A stretch of DNA of 64,000 nt from Candidatus Dormiibacterota bacterium (GTDB lineage: Bacteria; Chloroflexota; Dormibacteria; Aeolococcales; Aeolococcaceae): NCBI GenBank assembly GCA_963819095.1, contig CAWFUO010000006.1, forward strand, positions 320,002-384,001, written 5' to 3'. Position numbers and translations under genes: made by a program. A model generated the notes under the pieces. It had not been told where the DNA came from. It searched no databases and was given only the letters and a program-made list of their open reading frames with translations. Position 1 is the stretch's first letter, and every line of letters starts with the position of its first letter. Below are positions 62,397-64,000 of the stretch, in pieces.

Positions 62397-63123
62397 ATGG
62401 CGCCCACCGTCGCCAAACGTATTCTCGTGGTCGAGGACGAGGACGCCATCCGCGAGACGCTTCGCTACAATCTCGCGCGCGAGGGCTACGACGTCAGCGA
62501 AGCCGCGACCGGGCCCGACGCGCTCAGCCAGGCCCGGGCGGAGCGACCCGACCTCATCCTCCTCGACGTCATGCTGCCCGGGCTCAGCGGCCTCGAGGTC
62601 TGCCGCGTCCTGCGCCAGGAAGTCATCGACGCCGATCCTGATGCTCACCGCCAAGGGCACGGAGGTCGACAAGGTCGTCGGGCTGCAACTCGGTGCCGAT
62701 GACTACGTCACCAAGCCGTTCTCCTTCAACGAGCTGCTGGCGCGGATCACGGCGTTGCTCCGGCGATCGGACATGACCACGCGTCCGGCCGGAGTCCCGG
62801 AGATCGAGGAGTTCGAAGGCTTCAGGATCGATCGGGCCGCGCGCACGATCCATGTCGAGAACGTCGAGCTCCGGCTCGCGCCGAAGGAGTTCGACCTCCT
62901 GTCGTTGTTGCTGCGCAACGCCGGCCGGGTGCTCTCGCGCCAGGCGATCATCGCCGCGGTCTGGGGCAACCGCTTCTATGGCGATCCCAAGACCGTTGAC
63001 GTGCATGTCCGGTGGCTGCGCGAGAAGTTCGAGCCGTTCGCCCAGATCCCGTTCCGCATCACCACCGTCTTTGGCGTCGGTTACCGGCTCGACCGAATCG
63101 GTGCAATCGACCCGTCCCCGTAA
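62397..63123 (+). pseudogene. OmpR/PhoB-family response regulator (RegX3/PhoP-like), one frame break near 62619-62622
   Basis: Receiver domain [11 protein letters not shown]...[23 protein letters not shown]. The +1 frame continues [12 protein letters not shown]...DDYVTKPFS and the winged-helix VDVHVRWLREK...GVGYRL. Confidence 0.8.
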
Positions 63124-63149
63124 ACTCGACCAGGCATCGGAGGAGACGC

Positions 63150-64000
63150 GTGGACGCAGCGGTCATCGGTGGGGGAGTCATCGGTCTGTCGGTGGCCTGG
63201 CGAGCGGCGCGCGCCGGGCTGAGCGTGGCCGTGGTCGACCCGGACCCGGGCTCGGGTGCCTCTCATTTCGCCGCTGGGATGATCGCTCCCATCGGAGAGG
63301 CCGAGTTCGGCGAGGAGGCGGTGGTCGCGATCAACCGTGACTCGGCCGCTCGATACCCGGCGTTCATTGCCGAGCTCGAGCTCGACGCCGGGCGTTCGGC
63401 GGGCTACCGGCAGACGGGGACGCTGCATGTGGCGGTGGACGCCGACGAGCAGACGGCGCTCGAGCGGCAGTTCCAGTTCCGGCAGCGCCTCGGCCTGCCG
63501 GTGGAGCGCCTCAGCTCTCGCCAGACGCGCGACCTCGAGCCAGGGCTCGCCCCATCGGTGCGTGGCGGGATGCTCGTCGAATCGGACCACCAGGTCGACC
63601 CCCGCGCCATGATTCCAACCCTGCTCCAGGCGTGCAGCCGGCTCGGGGTCCAGATCCATCGGACCAGAGGCTCGCTGCTGGTCGAGAACGGACGGGTCGC
63701 CGGCGTGGGACTCGAAAGCGGGGAACGCATCGAGTTGCGGCAGGTGGTGCTCGCCGCCGGCTGCTGGTCAGCGGGGATCAAAGGCGTCCCTGGTGAGGAC
63801 ATCCCTCCGGTGCGACCGGTGAAGGGACAGATCCTCCGGCTGCGCGGAGTGCCGGAGATGATCGTGCGCACGATCCGTGGCGGTTCCGTGTACATCCTCC
63901 CCAGGGGCGACGGCCGTGTGGTGGTCGGAGGCACCATGGAGGAGCAGGGGTTCGACACCAGGGTGATCGCCGGCGCGGTCTACGAGCTGCTTCGCGAGGC
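63150..64000 (+). CDS. thiO: glycine oxidase ThiO-like FAD-dependent oxidoreductase (5-prime part; runs off the window)
   Basis: Not in the ORF track because no stop lies within the window. GTG after GGAGGAG. VIGGGVIGLSVAW dinucleotide motif and RPVKGQILRL block. Open to the end of the window. Confidence 0.75.
   Translation, partial: MDAAVIGGGVIGLSVAWRAARAGLSVAVVDPDPGSGASHFAAGMIAPIGEAEFGEEAVVAINRDSAARYPAFIAELELDAGRSAGYRQTGTLHVAVDADEQTALERQFQFRQRLGLPVERLSSRQTRDLEPGLAPSVRGGMLVESDHQVDPRAMIPTLLQACSRLGVQIHRTRGSLLVENGRVAGVGLESGERIELRQVVLAAGCWSAGIKGVPGEDIPPVRPVKGQILRLRGVPEMIVRTIRGGSVYILPRGDGRVVVGGTMEEQGFDTRVIAGAVYELLRE

Noticed and set aside
62337-62672. N-terminal extension of the histidine kinase ORF across the response regulator start
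   Set aside because: It is antisense to the receiver domain and has no kinase-related sequence. A -10 box positions the start at 62336.

Overview
GC-rich bacterial chromosomal segment with strong GC3 bias. It looks like a Terrabacteria or Actinomycetota-like lineage, but the taxon cannot be fixed from sequence alone. Content is almost entirely core metabolism in tightly coupled operons.

**Gene content, in order**
- 0.1-10.3 kb: a respiratory super-cluster. It holds a Rieske protein, split cytochrome b6 and subunit IV, a three-haem cytochrome c, the aa3-type oxidase genes ctaC and ctaD, haem A/O synthesis genes ctaA and ctaB, ctaG, and a lipoprotein cupredoxin. Three unannotated single-TM micro-ORFs sit inside it.
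- 10.3-23.4 kb: birA, tRNA-Arg(CCG), a stand-alone LigD-type primase-polymerase domain, a permease, an SCO1664-family kinase-like protein, a UDG-family glycosylase, LemA, a large YVTN beta-propeller protein, an HtrA-like protease, htpX and thrC.
- 23.6-30.5 kb: a Ski2/HelY-like helicase, DUF503, a ParA with a small partner gene, a TPR protein and a GH15 hydrolase.
- 31.0-38.6 kb: argCJBD-argR-argGH, with no argF.
- 38.7-51.4 kb: a phosphoesterase, TetR-DegV-ROK, coaX, dus, greA, lysS, serS, a thioesterase, a channel-like membrane protein, a CYTH protein and a MarR regulator.
- 51.3-61.2 kb, minus strand: an isoprenoid/hopanoid operon (polyprenyl synthase, fni, hpnC, hpnD, hpnE, shc, hpnH, hpnA, hpnG).
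- 61.3-64.0 kb: a divergent PAS histidine kinase and OmpR-type regulator pair, then the start of thiO.

No CRISPR array, transposase, integrase, prophage or recognisable defence system is visible.

**Most unusual signals**
1. A family of GC-rich nested hairpin repeats whose arms carry GGAGG-like and CCTCC-like runs.
   - One copy exactly fills an intercistronic gap.
   - One is read through in frame between hpnC and hpnD.
   - One forms a tandem nest behind the phosphoesterase gene.
   - Two 66-bp copies in inverted orientation bracket a small Cys-rich membrane ORF.
2. At least 12 single-base reading-frame breaks in otherwise well conserved genes: htpX, thrC, the helicase, parA, hpnG, hpnA and the response regulator. 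They cluster at 21.6-27.3 kb and 51.7-52.8 kb, and nearly all behave as +1 insertions. Assembly indels are the most likely explanation, but real gene decay cannot be excluded without reads.
3. A roughly 190-nt leader ending in a terminator hairpin plus U7 that sequesters the thrC Shine-Dalgarno sequence.

All coordinates and frameshift positions come from manual reading and are approximate to a few bases.
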